A program made the position numbers and the translations under genes. From Candidatus Gemmiger excrementipullorum (GTDB lineage: Bacteria; Bacillota; Clostridia; Oscillospirales; Ruminococcaceae), in the NCBI GenBank assembly GCA_019115045.1, contig DXEI01000023.1:1-63638 (forward strand): a stretch of 63,638 nucleotides of DNA. Reading direction: 5' to 3'. Below the pieces are notes generated by a model. It did no database searches and had not been told where the DNA came from. It saw nothing but the letters and a program-made list of their open reading frames with translations. Within the stretch, counting starts at the first letter, position 1, and each line of letters begins with the position of its first letter. Shown one piece after another: positions 1 to 10,762 of this stretch.

Positions 1-264
1 CTAATTCCGTGCTAATTCGATTTTGAAATACCCCTCAGAAAGCCTTTAGTTATAAGGGCTTTCTTGCTAATGGCTTGCTAATACGATATTTGAGAAGCCA
101 TGGTAAAAGGGGTGATTTTAGACAGAATCAAGTAATTTGATTAGTTCCCGGCTTATACGATTTGCAACGAGATAATACAGGAAGTTACAAGATGAACAAC
201 GTGCGAAATGGTTCGCCATTCTCCTAAGGGTTAATTGTGAGTTCGATTCTCGCCGGGGGTGCCA
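1..264 (+). mobile_element. Right end (attR-like) of an integrative element inserted in tRNA-Arg(CCT); the element body lies upstream of the window
   Basis: AT-rich 1-220 with direct repeats (c/t)TGCTAAT at 10-16, 63-71 and 74-82 (plus truncated CTAAT at 1), arranged as pairs 11 bp apart, directly followed by a tRNA 3' half starting at the anticodon loop. Confidence 0.7.
221..264 (+). pseudogene. 3' half of tRNA-Arg(CCT) (att core duplication)
   Basis: CTCCTAA anticodon loop, GGGTT, T-arm GTGAG-TTCGATT-CTCGC, acceptor strand CGGGGGT-G-CCA; the upstream CCATT cannot pair with GGGTT and no D-arm or 5' acceptor strand is present. Confidence 0.85.
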
Positions 265-270
265 AAACAC

Positions 271-311
271 CGCTGCAAGCCGGTTTTCGCCGGTTTGCAG
301 CGTTTATTTTT
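271..311 (+). terminator. Rho-independent terminator after the tRNA fragment
   Basis: CGCTGCAAGCCGG / CCGGTTTGCAGCG stem followed by TTTATTTTT. Confidence 0.75.
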
Positions 312-879
312 CTTCTCCCGGCTTTTTGGCTCCAGTAAAGCCGGGAGAATTTTATGCGCTGCAAATGGTTATCCTGCTAAGAAGAAACGAACGATTTCCA
401 CGTTTCTGCCAAGAAAAATCCCGTCCGTGCGAATTGGAATTTTCGGACCTGCCGGATGCTGCGAGCAATTTTTAACGGCATACAAAGAAACAGGAGCGTC
501 ACCATCGACCCAAACCGAAGGCGTCGCTCCTGCTCTGCTATGGAAAAGTGTTCAAAATGGCCCCTTCGTGCCCCTCAAATCGAAGAGGCAATCCCACAGG
601 GGAAATCATAAGGCTGACGCTCGGAAAAGCCGCCACAGGCAATTTATCGGCCTATTTTTAACCCCTGTCGCTGCACTTTTCGAGCGTGCGGACTGGTAAT
701 GAGGACAGACGGTGAGAACCGCCCGGAAGCCCTGCTTGCAGGGATGGACGCAGCCCCTGCAGACCTTGTTGTGCTTGCGGTGGCCGTATTCCTCCGGAAA
801 GAAGGAGTATTCCAGCCGCCGCTTTTTGCCAACCGGCAGGGGGAATTTCTTTGCCCGTAAGCGTGGGCGCTGTGCTTTT

Positions 880-1455
880 TTACAAAAGGCCTTCGGGCGG
901 GCGGTCGTCCTCGGTGCTGGGCTGGGTCAGCAGATCCATTACCTGGGCGTAGATCTCGCTGCCGTGGGCGGTGAAATTGTTCTTGATCGTTTCGGCCGTC
1001 AGGCTGTCCGGCATCGCCAGCTGCAGGCGGAAGACATCGCTGCCCATATCGCCAATGGCGCACCAGACTTCATACGCGCCGTCGTTTTCTTCAATGCGCG
1101 CGCGGTTCATGGCGGCTTTGTGCCGCCAGCGCTGGATCTGCATCACGGCGCGGATCGCGCTCTCGCGCACGGTGCGCGGCAGGTCGTAGGCCAGCGTATC
1201 GGCCACCGTGGCGCCTTTGGGGGTGATGTTATACTGCGCATCCTCCCCAAGCGTCACAAGCTGCTGCTTTTCCACGTCGGCCAGGGAATCGGAAAACTCA
1301 AAATAATTGACAAGCTGCTCTTGCAGCAAAGCGCCCTGCAATGTGTCGCGGCTCACCGGGCCGGCCGTTTTGACAAGATAGCACAGCAAAATGCGGATCT
1401 GTGTATTGTCTGTAAGGCCGCCGGGCTTTACACCCGCCGTAAAAGCTTCCGCCAT
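880..1455 (-). CDS. DUF4364-like winged-helix protein
   Basis: MAEAFTAGVKPGGL...IRILLCYLV...LVNYFEF...Y.ITPKG pattern; start placed at the ATG after AAGGA. Confidence 0.7.
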   Translation of the reverse strand: MAEAFTAGVKPGGLTDNTQIRILLCYLVKTAGPVSRDTLQGALLQEQLVNYFEFSDSLADVEKQQLVTLGEDAQYNITPKGATVADTLAYDLPRTVRESAIRAVMQIQRWRHKAAMNRARIEENDGAYEVWCAIGDMGSDVFRLQLAMPDSLTAETIKNNFTAHGSEIYAQVMDLLTQPSTEDDRPPEGLL

Positions 1456-1548
1456 CGTATCACATCCTTGCCCAGCATCGTTTTCTTTTATTATACACAG
1501 TGTTTCGGTTTGTCGCAAGAGGGGGCGGCCCTTCCTGGCGGCGGGCGC

Positions 1549-2457
1549 TTAAAAAATCGTCTCGATTTGTTTGCGGCTTTGCGGGGTAGAGTAGATCCAC
1601 TTTTTGATGCGCCCGCGGGTAACAAAGTAGTGCGGCTCAAACCTTAGCGGTTGGGAAAGGTTTTTGTTGACGACCACGAGCTTGATCTTCATTTTATCCG
1701 GCAGGATGCTTTTGATGTACACGCTGACCGCCTGCCCGGGCTGCAGCGTGGCGTCAGCCTCCGCCAGGCCCGCCAGATTGGGCGCGATCTCAATGAACAC
1801 GCCGTATTCCTCCACGCTGCGCACGATGCCCACCACCGTCTCACCGGGGGCAAAGCAGGCGGCGTTTTCGCTCCAGGTGCCCAGCAGTTCGCGCAGCGTC
1901 AGCACGATGCGCCCCTGCGCGTCCCGGTTTTTGACGGCGCACAGCAGCTGCTGGCCGACCTGGACGCGGTCGCCGGGCGAGGCGATGCGGGACACCGAGA
2001 GGCAGTCGATGGGCAGCAGCGCCGAGATGCCGCACCCGACATCGCAAAACGCCCCGAAGTTTTCGATGTGCGTCACGGTGCAGGGGATCACGCTGCCGCG
2101 CTCCAGCGTGTCCAGGTATTGGCGGCGGCAGGCGCGCTGCGCGGCGGCGCGGGAGAGCAGGTAGGCTTCTTCGCCGTTCTCTTCGGTCACCGTCCCGGTG
2201 ATGACAAAGCAGGTCGGCCGCCCGACGCGCGTCAGCACCGCGATGTCTTTGATCGCCTCGCCGGGGGCGGTGTCCAGGCACTCGTCGTGGGGCATGTATC
2301 CGCGCTGGCCGCCCAGCTCAAAGCGCAGGCGGTGGCAGGTGTCATACGCCAGGGCGGTGCTTTGTAAAATTTCCCCGGTGCTGATACAATGGTTCAGCTC
2401 GGCACGGGTCAGATGGTTGGCGTTGCGGCAAAGGCCTTCGGCACGATATTCCAGCAT
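1549..2457 (-). CDS. S1 RNA-binding domain protein
   Basis: S1 repeats VTHIENFGAFCDVG and VRSVEEYGVFIEI; GAGGA RBS upstream of MLEYRAEG. Confidence 0.8.
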   Translation of the reverse strand: MLEYRAEGLCRNANHLTRAELNHCISTGEILQSTALAYDTCHRLRFELGGQRGYMPHDECLDTAPGEAIKDIAVLTRVGRPTCFVITGTVTEENGEEAYLLSRAAAQRACRRQYLDTLERGSVIPCTVTHIENFGAFCDVGCGISALLPIDCLSVSRIASPGDRVQVGQQLLCAVKNRDAQGRIVLTLRELLGTWSENAACFAPGETVVGIVRSVEEYGVFIEIAPNLAGLAEADATLQPGQAVSVYIKSILPDKMKIKLVVVNKNLSQPLRFEPHYFVTRGRIKKWIYSTPQSRKQIETIF

Positions 2458-2530
2458 TTTCGGTTCCTCATTTCTTGTAATGTTCCGCTTATGCCAAGGC
2501 AAGCGGTCAATAAACTTTTATGCGGCGGGT

Positions 2531-2559
2531 TTGCAAAACAATACCCGCTGTACTATAAT
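2531..2559 (+). promoter_or_regulatory. SigA promoter of the DUF951-prfA operon
   Basis: TTGCAA-17 bp-TATAAT. Confidence 0.7.
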
Positions 2560-2597
2560 AGGAGAGCAAATTGTGCGTACGAAAGGCGGTGGCTTTT

Positions 2598-2786
2598 ATG
2601 GATGTCCGTGTCGGCGATGTGATCCAAACCAAAAAAACGCACCCCTGCGGTGCAAACCGCTTTGATGTGCTGCGCGTGGGGATGGATTTCAAGATCCGCT
2701 GCCAGGGCTGCGGGCATGAGATCATGCTGCCGCGCGCCAAGATCGAGCGCAACATCAAAAAGATCCTGCGCGCGGGCGAAGCGTAG
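2598..2786 (+). CDS. DUF951 family small protein
   Basis: MDVRVGDVIQTKKTHPCG...RVGMDFKIRCQGCG. Confidence 0.85.
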   Translation: MDVRVGDVIQTKKTHPCGANRFDVLRVGMDFKIRCQGCGHEIMLPRAKIERNIKKILRAGEA

Positions 2787-2828
2787 CCGTGCAGCGCCCG
2801 AAACAGCTTGCGATGCGAGGATCTTGCC

Positions 2829-3908
2829 ATGAACCCATTTTCTGAACTGCATGAGGTCGAGCGCCGGTACGAGGAGCTCGCCCACCGCATGTCCACGCCC
2901 GAGGCGGCCGCCCGCGCGGACGACTACGCACAGATGATGCGTGACTACAAAGAACTGACCCCCTTAGTCGAAGAATACCGCCGGTACGCCGCCCTGCAGC
3001 GCGAACAGCAGGAAGCGACCGCACTGCTGCAGCAGGAGACGGACCCGGCTTTCAAAGCTATGGTACAGCAGGAACTTTGCGAAATCGGCCGGAATCTGGC
3101 GCAGAGCGAAGAGCAGCTGCGCCTGCTGCTGGTGCCCAAGGATGCCGATGACGAAAAAAGCGTCATTTTGGAGATCCGCGCCGGTGCCGGCGGCGAGGAA
3201 GCCGCCCTGTTTGCGCACAGCCTGTGGCGCATGTATGCGATGTACGCCGCCAAACAGGGGTGGGCGTGCGAGACGCTGAACGCCAGCGAAACAGAACTGG
3301 GCGGCGTCAAAGAGCTCGTGTGTTCGGTAGAGGGCGCCGGTGTGTACAGCCGCCTGAAGTTTGAAAGCGGCGTCCACCGCGTGCAGCGCGTGCCGGAGAC
3401 CGAGACCCAGGGGCGCATCCATACCTCGACGGTCACGGTGGCTGTGATGCCGGAAGCGGAGGAGGTAGAGCTGGAACTCGACCCCAAAGATCTGCGCATC
3501 GATACCTTCCGTTCCTCCGGCGCAGGCGGGCAGCACATCAACAAGACGTCGTCGGCCATCCGGGTGACCCATCTGCCCACCGGCATGGTGGTGGAATGCC
3601 AGGACCAGCGCAGCCAGCGCGAAAACAAAGAGCGCGCGTTACAAGTCCTGCGCAGCCGCCTGCTGCAGCAAAAGCAGGCAGCCTACGACGCGGCGTACAA
3701 TGCGGACCGGCAGCGCCAGGTCGGCACCGGGGACCGGAGCGAGAAGATCCGCACCTATAACTTCCCGCAGGACCGCGTGACCGACCACCGCATCGGCCTG
3801 ACGCTGCGCAACCTGCAAAGCGTGCTGGACGGTGATCTGGATCGCGTGGTGGAACCGCTGACCCTGGCGGACCGCGAACAAAAACTGAAACAGCAAAACG
3901 AGGAATAA
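2829..3908 (+). CDS. prfA: Peptide chain release factor 1
   Basis: GAGGQ motif, PET (PxT) specificity tripeptide, RIHTS, GDRSEKIRTYN. Confidence 0.95.
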   Translation: MNPFSELHEVERRYEELAHRMSTPEAAARADDYAQMMRDYKELTPLVEEYRRYAALQREQQEATALLQQETDPAFKAMVQQELCEIGRNLAQSEEQLRLLLVPKDADDEKSVILEIRAGAGGEEAALFAHSLWRMYAMYAAKQGWACETLNASETELGGVKELVCSVEGAGVYSRLKFESGVHRVQRVPETETQGRIHTSTVTVAVMPEAEEVELELDPKDLRIDTFRSSGAGGQHINKTSSAIRVTHLPTGMVVECQDQRSQRENKERALQVLRSRLLQQKQAAYDAAYNADRQRQVGTGDRSEKIRTYNFPQDRVTDHRIGLTLRNLQSVLDGDLDRVVEPLTLADREQKLKQQNEE

Positions 3909-3911
3909 CGC

Positions 3912-4931
3912 ATGCAAACACAGGTCTTACCTGTCAATGAACAAAGCATCGCCCTGGCGGCCCGGCTGCTGCAGCAGGGCGAGCTGGTGGCGCTGCCGAC
4001 CGAAACGGTCTACGGCATTGCCGCCGACGCCCGCAACGGCGCGGCGGTGCGCAAGATCTTTGCCGCCAAAGGCCGCCCGCAGGACAACCCCCTGATCGTG
4101 CATATCTGCGGTATGCAGATGCTGAGGGGCATCGTGGCCGAAGTGCCGCCGCGCGCGCGCAAACTGGCGGCGGCGTTTTGGCCCGGCCCCCTGACGATGG
4201 TGATGCCGCGCGGGGAAGAAGTCAGCGATGTGACTTGCGCGGGGCTGGATACCGTCGGCGTGCGCATGCCGTCCCACCCGGTGGTGCAGGCGGTCATCCG
4301 CGCCAGCGGGGTGGCGTTTGCCGCACCGTCGGCCAATCTTTCTGGCAAACCCAGCCCCACCAACGCGCAGGATACGCTGGCCGATATGGACGGACGCCTG
4401 CCGCTGATCCTGGACGGCGGCGAAAGCGCCGTCGGGGTAGAGTCTACGGTGGTATCGGTCACCGGGGAACACCCGGTTTTGCTGCGCCCCGGGTATATCA
4501 CCAAAGAACAGATGGAGGCCGTCCTGGGCGAGGAAGTCCAGGTCAGCCCGGCCATTTTGGAAAAACTCAAAGAGGGGGAAGTCGCGCGTTCCCCGGGCAT
4601 GAAATACAAGCACTATGCCCCCAAAGCGCAGGTGACCATTTTACAGGGCGATTTTGCAGCCTACCGCCAGTATGTGGCGCAGCACGCCGGGCCGGGGGTC
4701 TGGGCGCTGTGCTTTGACGGCGAGGGCGCGCAGCTGCCGGTGCCGTATATTGAGTATGGCCGCGACCACGACGGCGCGGCCCAGGCCCATCATTTGTTTG
4801 CCGCCTTGCGGGAACTGGACCGCAACGGCGCGCAGATCGTCTACGCGCGCTGCCCCGAGCAGGACGGCGTTTCGATGGCCGTGTACAACCGTTTGATCCG
4901 CGCAGCGGCTTTCCGGGTGGTGGAACTATGA
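3912..4931 (+). CDS. sua5: L-threonylcarbamoyladenylate synthase (Sua5/YwlC)
   Basis: PTETVYG, KGRPQDNPLIVH, APSANLSG, SPGMKYKHYAP and a C-terminal SUA5 domain. Confidence 0.95.
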   Translation: MQTQVLPVNEQSIALAARLLQQGELVALPTETVYGIAADARNGAAVRKIFAAKGRPQDNPLIVHICGMQMLRGIVAEVPPRARKLAAAFWPGPLTMVMPRGEEVSDVTCAGLDTVGVRMPSHPVVQAVIRASGVAFAAPSANLSGKPSPTNAQDTLADMDGRLPLILDGGESAVGVESTVVSVTGEHPVLLRPGYITKEQMEAVLGEEVQVSPAILEKLKEGEVARSPGMKYKHYAPKAQVTILQGDFAAYRQYVAQHAGPGVWALCFDGEGAQLPVPYIEYGRDHDGAAQAHHLFAALRELDRNGAQIVYARCPEQDGVSMAVYNRLIRAAAFRVVEL

Positions 4932-5533
4932 AGATCGTTGGCATTACCGGGCGTTCGGGGTGCGGCAAATCCAGTGCGACAAAATTTTTGGCGCAGCAGG
5001 GGTATCCTTGTATCGACGCCGACCAGGTCGCGCGGGAGGTGATGCTGCCCGGCTCGCCCTGCCTGGCCCAATTGCAGGAACAGTTTGGCGCCGATATCCT
5101 GGACGAAACCGGCGCGCTGCGCCGCCGCCTGCTGGCAGACCGCGCCTTTGCCACGCCGGAAGGCACCCGCCTTTTGACCGAACTGACGCAGCCGGAGATC
5201 TTGCGCCGCATCGAGGCAGACTTGCAGTGCGCGCAGGCGGCCGGCGCCGAACTTGCCTTCGTGGACGGCGCGGTCATCGTCGGCTCGCCGTTTCAGGCGC
5301 GCTGTGACGAGCTGGTGCTCATCACGGCCCCGTATGAAGTCAGCGTGCAGCGCATCTGCGCGCGGGACGGCATCGCGCCGGAGATGGCGCGCCGCCGCCT
5401 GGACGCCCAAACACCACTGGAGCAGCTGCGCGCCGCGGCGACGGTCGAGATCGCAAACGACGGCACGCCGCAGCAGCTGCAAACGCGCATCAGGGAACTG
5501 CTGCAGACCCTGAGGAAGGAGGAACATGGCTGA
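4928..5533 (+). CDS. coaE: Dephospho-CoA kinase
   Basis: MKIVGITGRSGCGKS P-loop, IDADQVAR. Confidence 0.92.
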   Translation: MKIVGITGRSGCGKSSATKFLAQQGYPCIDADQVAREVMLPGSPCLAQLQEQFGADILDETGALRRRLLADRAFATPEGTRLLTELTQPEILRRIEADLQCAQAAGAELAFVDGAVIVGSPFQARCDELVLITAPYEVSVQRICARDGIAPEMARRRLDAQTPLEQLRAAATVEIANDGTPQQLQTRIRELLQTLRKEEHG

Positions 5534-6113
5534 CCGCAAGCCTTTGCCCCGGAACCTGCCCAAACTCCTGGCCGTTTTGCTGGCGCTGTTTTTGTTGGGG
5601 GCGGCATTGTTTGCCGTTTTCCAAAAACGGATCGAACGGTGGGAGTATCCGCAGCACTACCCGGAGTATGTGACCTACTACGCCGATAAGTACGGCATCG
5701 ACCCGCTGATGCTGTACGCGTTTATCCGTACCGAGAGCAACTTTGACCCTATGGCGGAGTCTGACGCCGGGGCGCGCGGCCTGATGCAGATCACCGAGGT
5801 CACGTTCGACTGGATCAAATCCAACATCGCGCCCACAGAGCCGCTGACCTTCGACGACCTCTATGACCCCGAGACCAACATCCGTTTCGGCAGTTATTTT
5901 GTCAGCTACTGCCTGCTGCGCTACCAGGACGACCTGCCTACCGCAGCTGCCGCCTACCACAGCGGGTGGGGGACCGTCGACGAGCTGCTGGCCCAGGCGG
6001 AATACTCTGCCGACGGGCAGACGCTGGACCACTACCCGTACCCCCAGATGCGGCGGTATGTGCAAAAGATCACCCATAGCTACCAACGCTATCAGGAGAT
6101 ATACCAAGAATGA
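5526..6113 (+). CDS. Lytic transglycosylase (SLT domain) with N-terminal membrane anchor
   Basis: IRTESNF, GARGLMQI, AAYHSG motifs. Confidence 0.9.
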   Translation: MADRKPLPRNLPKLLAVLLALFLLGAALFAVFQKRIERWEYPQHYPEYVTYYADKYGIDPLMLYAFIRTESNFDPMAESDAGARGLMQITEVTFDWIKSNIAPTEPLTFDDLYDPETNIRFGSYFVSYCLLRYQDDLPTAAAAYHSGWGTVDELLAQAEYSADGQTLDHYPYPQMRRYVQKITHSYQRYQEIYQE

Positions 6114-6137
6114 TGGAAAGGAAAAGGAAGTTTATCT

Positions 6138-7529
6138 ATGCAAACGACCGAACAACTCAAAGCACTTTTGTACAAAAATGAGACCGTGGCCGACACAGCG
6201 CCCGAAGCCCTGGCAGCCGCGCAGGAATTCTGCGAGGGGTACAAAACCTTCTTGGATAATGCCAAGACCGAGCGCGAGGCGACCGCCTACAGCGAAAAGC
6301 TGCTGTTGGACGCCGGGTACCGCGCCTTTGTGCCGGGCCAGAAACTGGAGCCCGGCGCCAAAGTGTACGCCATCAACCGCCATAAGTGCGTGCTGGCCGC
6401 GACCATCGGCACCAAGCCGCTGGAGCAAGGCTTCCACCTGAACATCGCGCACATCGATTCGCCCCGGCTGGACCTGCGCCCGGTGCCGGTGTTTGAAAAA
6501 GAGGGCCTTGGCTACCTGCGCACCCACTATTACGGCGGCGTGCGCAAGTACCAGTGGCCGACCATCCCGCTGGCGCTGCACGGCGTGATCTGCCGTGCCG
6601 ACGGCAGCAAGGTGGAGGTGTGCATCGGCGAGAACGAGAACGACCCGGTATTTTGCATCACCGACCTGCTGCCGCACCTGAGCGCCAAGCAGAACGAAAA
6701 GAAATTGTCGGAGGGCATCGCGGCGGAGGATCTCAACGTCCTGATCGCCTCGCAGCCCATCGCCGACAAAGAAGCCGAAAAGCGCGTCAAGCTCAACATC
6801 CTGGGCATGCTGCACGAAGCCTACGGCATCACCGAGCGCGACTTCACCCGCGCAGAGATCGAGGTCGTGCCCGCGTTCAAGGCGCGCGACATCGGCCTGG
6901 ACCGCGCCATGATCGGCGCGTACGGCCACGATGACCGCGTCGACGCCTACCCGGCGCTGATGGCAGAGATCGGCGTGCAGGCCCCGGCCTACACCACGGT
7001 CTGCGTGCTGACGGATAAGGAGGAGACCGGCTCCGACGGTGTGACCGGGCTCAACAGCATGTATACCTTCCACTTCCTGCAGCAGCTGTGCGCGGCGCAG
7101 GGGGCCGATTACATCACGGCCTGCAAGGCGGCCAAATGCCTTTCGGCCGATGTGACCGCCGCCTACGACCCGACGTTTGCCGACGCCTTTGAGCCGGACA
7201 ACGCCACCTATGCCGGCCGCGGCGTGGCGATCTACAAATACACGGGCTCGCGCGGCAAATCCGGCACCAACGACGCGCCGGCCGAGCTCGTGAGCTACCT
7301 GACCAGCTTGATGGACCGCAGCGGCGTGGTGTGGCAGATCGGCGAGATGGGCAAGCTGGACCTTGGCGGCGGCGGCACCGTTGCCAAGTATGTCGCCAAC
7401 CAGGACATCGACACCATCGACATCGGCGTGCCGGTGCTCTCGATGCACGCGCCGTTCGAGGTCGTCTCCAAGGCGGATGTGTACATGGCGTACCGCACGT
7501 TCAAAGCCTTCTGCGAGGATGCCGACTAA
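6138..7529 (+). CDS. M18 family aminopeptidase
   Basis: AHIDSP, YGHDDR, DKEETGS, SADV, LSMHAP. Confidence 0.9.
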   Translation: MQTTEQLKALLYKNETVADTAPEALAAAQEFCEGYKTFLDNAKTEREATAYSEKLLLDAGYRAFVPGQKLEPGAKVYAINRHKCVLAATIGTKPLEQGFHLNIAHIDSPRLDLRPVPVFEKEGLGYLRTHYYGGVRKYQWPTIPLALHGVICRADGSKVEVCIGENENDPVFCITDLLPHLSAKQNEKKLSEGIAAEDLNVLIASQPIADKEAEKRVKLNILGMLHEAYGITERDFTRAEIEVVPAFKARDIGLDRAMIGAYGHDDRVDAYPALMAEIGVQAPAYTTVCVLTDKEETGSDGVTGLNSMYTFHFLQQLCAAQGADYITACKAAKCLSADVTAAYDPTFADAFEPDNATYAGRGVAIYKYTGSRGKSGTNDAPAELVSYLTSLMDRSGVVWQIGEMGKLDLGGGGTVAKYVANQDIDTIDIGVPVLSMHAPFEVVSKADVYMAYRTFKAFCEDAD

Positions 7530-7540
7530 GGATACATAAT

Positions 7541-7585
7541 AAAAACCGCAGCGCGGACCCCTGGTGGGCCCGCGCTGCGGTTTTT
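7541..7585. terminator. Bidirectional terminator
   Basis: AAAAACCGCAGCGCGG / CCGCGCTGCGGTTTTT inverted repeat. Confidence 0.8.
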
Positions 7586-7633
7586 GGTATGCCATAAACG
7601 AAAAAAGACCGCTCCTTGCGGAACGGTCTTTTG

Positions 7634-7709
<76 letters not shown>

Positions 7710-7891
7710 ACGGGTGCGTCCGGGCATGGCCCTGACGACGCTAGCTATTATAGCAAAGCATTCCCAGCTTGTCAAGCGGTTTTTTGCAGGTTTTGCGGCA
7801 GGCCGTACAATGCCGCCTGCGCGTTGCGGCCAAAGCGCCGCAAGCGGGCATAGTATGGGGGGAAAACGCTGTCAACAAAGGGGGGCTGCCC

Positions 7892-8527
7892 GTGCGCCGC
7901 ATGCAATATAAAGGCCGCCGGCGGCTGCCGCTGCGTCTGTATGCCGCTTTGCTGGCGGCGGCCGTTACGGCCGCGGGGCTGTGGTTCAATGCGTATATCA
8001 ACACCGAGATCAAACCCGAACTGCAGCAACTGGCCGAGTACTATGCCCGCGCCGAAACGCTGGAAGCGATGCACCGCGCCGTGCAGCAGACGCTGCAAGA
8101 GCAGGCGGCGCTGCGTGAAACATTGTACCGGGGCGAAAAGGACCGCCTGCAGCTCGACGCGGCGCAGGCCAACGCGGTGCGCAGCGCATTGACCGCCGCC
8201 GTCGAAACGCAGCTGGCCTTGCTGCCGCAGCAGGAATACTGCATCCCGTTTGGCAGCCTGACCGGCAATTCACTGCTCAGCGGCTGGGGGCCGGGGTGGG
8301 ACATAACGCTGCAGCCGCAGGCTTACGTGCAGGCAGAATGGAAAGAAACGGCGGAATCGCTTGCCATCAACACCACGCGCATCAGCGCCGCGCTGCTTTT
8401 GACAGCGACGGTGAACATGATCCTGGACGGGCGCACCGAAACGCTGGAAGTCTGCGAAACGGTGCCGCTGGCCAGCGTGCTGCTGTGCGGGGACACGCCG
8501 CAAGTCTATGCGGCGGCCCTGGATTGA
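7892..8527 (+). CDS. yunB: Sporulation protein YunB-like
   Basis: N-terminal TM segment, IPFGSLTGNSLLSGWGP and AINTTR motifs; GTG start after AAAGGGGGG. Confidence 0.75.
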   Translation: MRRMQYKGRRRLPLRLYAALLAAAVTAAGLWFNAYINTEIKPELQQLAEYYARAETLEAMHRAVQQTLQEQAALRETLYRGEKDRLQLDAAQANAVRSALTAAVETQLALLPQQEYCIPFGSLTGNSLLSGWGPGWDITLQPQAYVQAEWKETAESLAINTTRISAALLLTATVNMILDGRTETLEVCETVPLASVLLCGDTPQVYAAALD

Positions 8528-8552
8528 TGTGACCGCCCCGGATGTGGTATAA

Positions 8553-10577
<2,025 letters not shown>

Positions 10578-10762
10578 GAACACACCATCCGGGGCGCCCC
10601 GCAGCTTTGGCGGCGGGGAGCTTTCGTTATGCGGCGGCCCCGGCGCGGCGTGCCGCGCAAGCGCCCGGGGGCGCTGCGGCAGCTTTGCAGGGGCGCAGTA
10701 TTCCCTGTGCGCTCATAATAGCGCCCGCCTTGCCCATACTGTAAGGGAATGGGGGTGCTGCC

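Noticed and set aside
259-699. 146-aa ORF downstream of the tRNA fragment
   Set aside because: It starts inside the tRNA 3' half, runs through a terminator and hairpins, and has no RBS or recognisable motifs.
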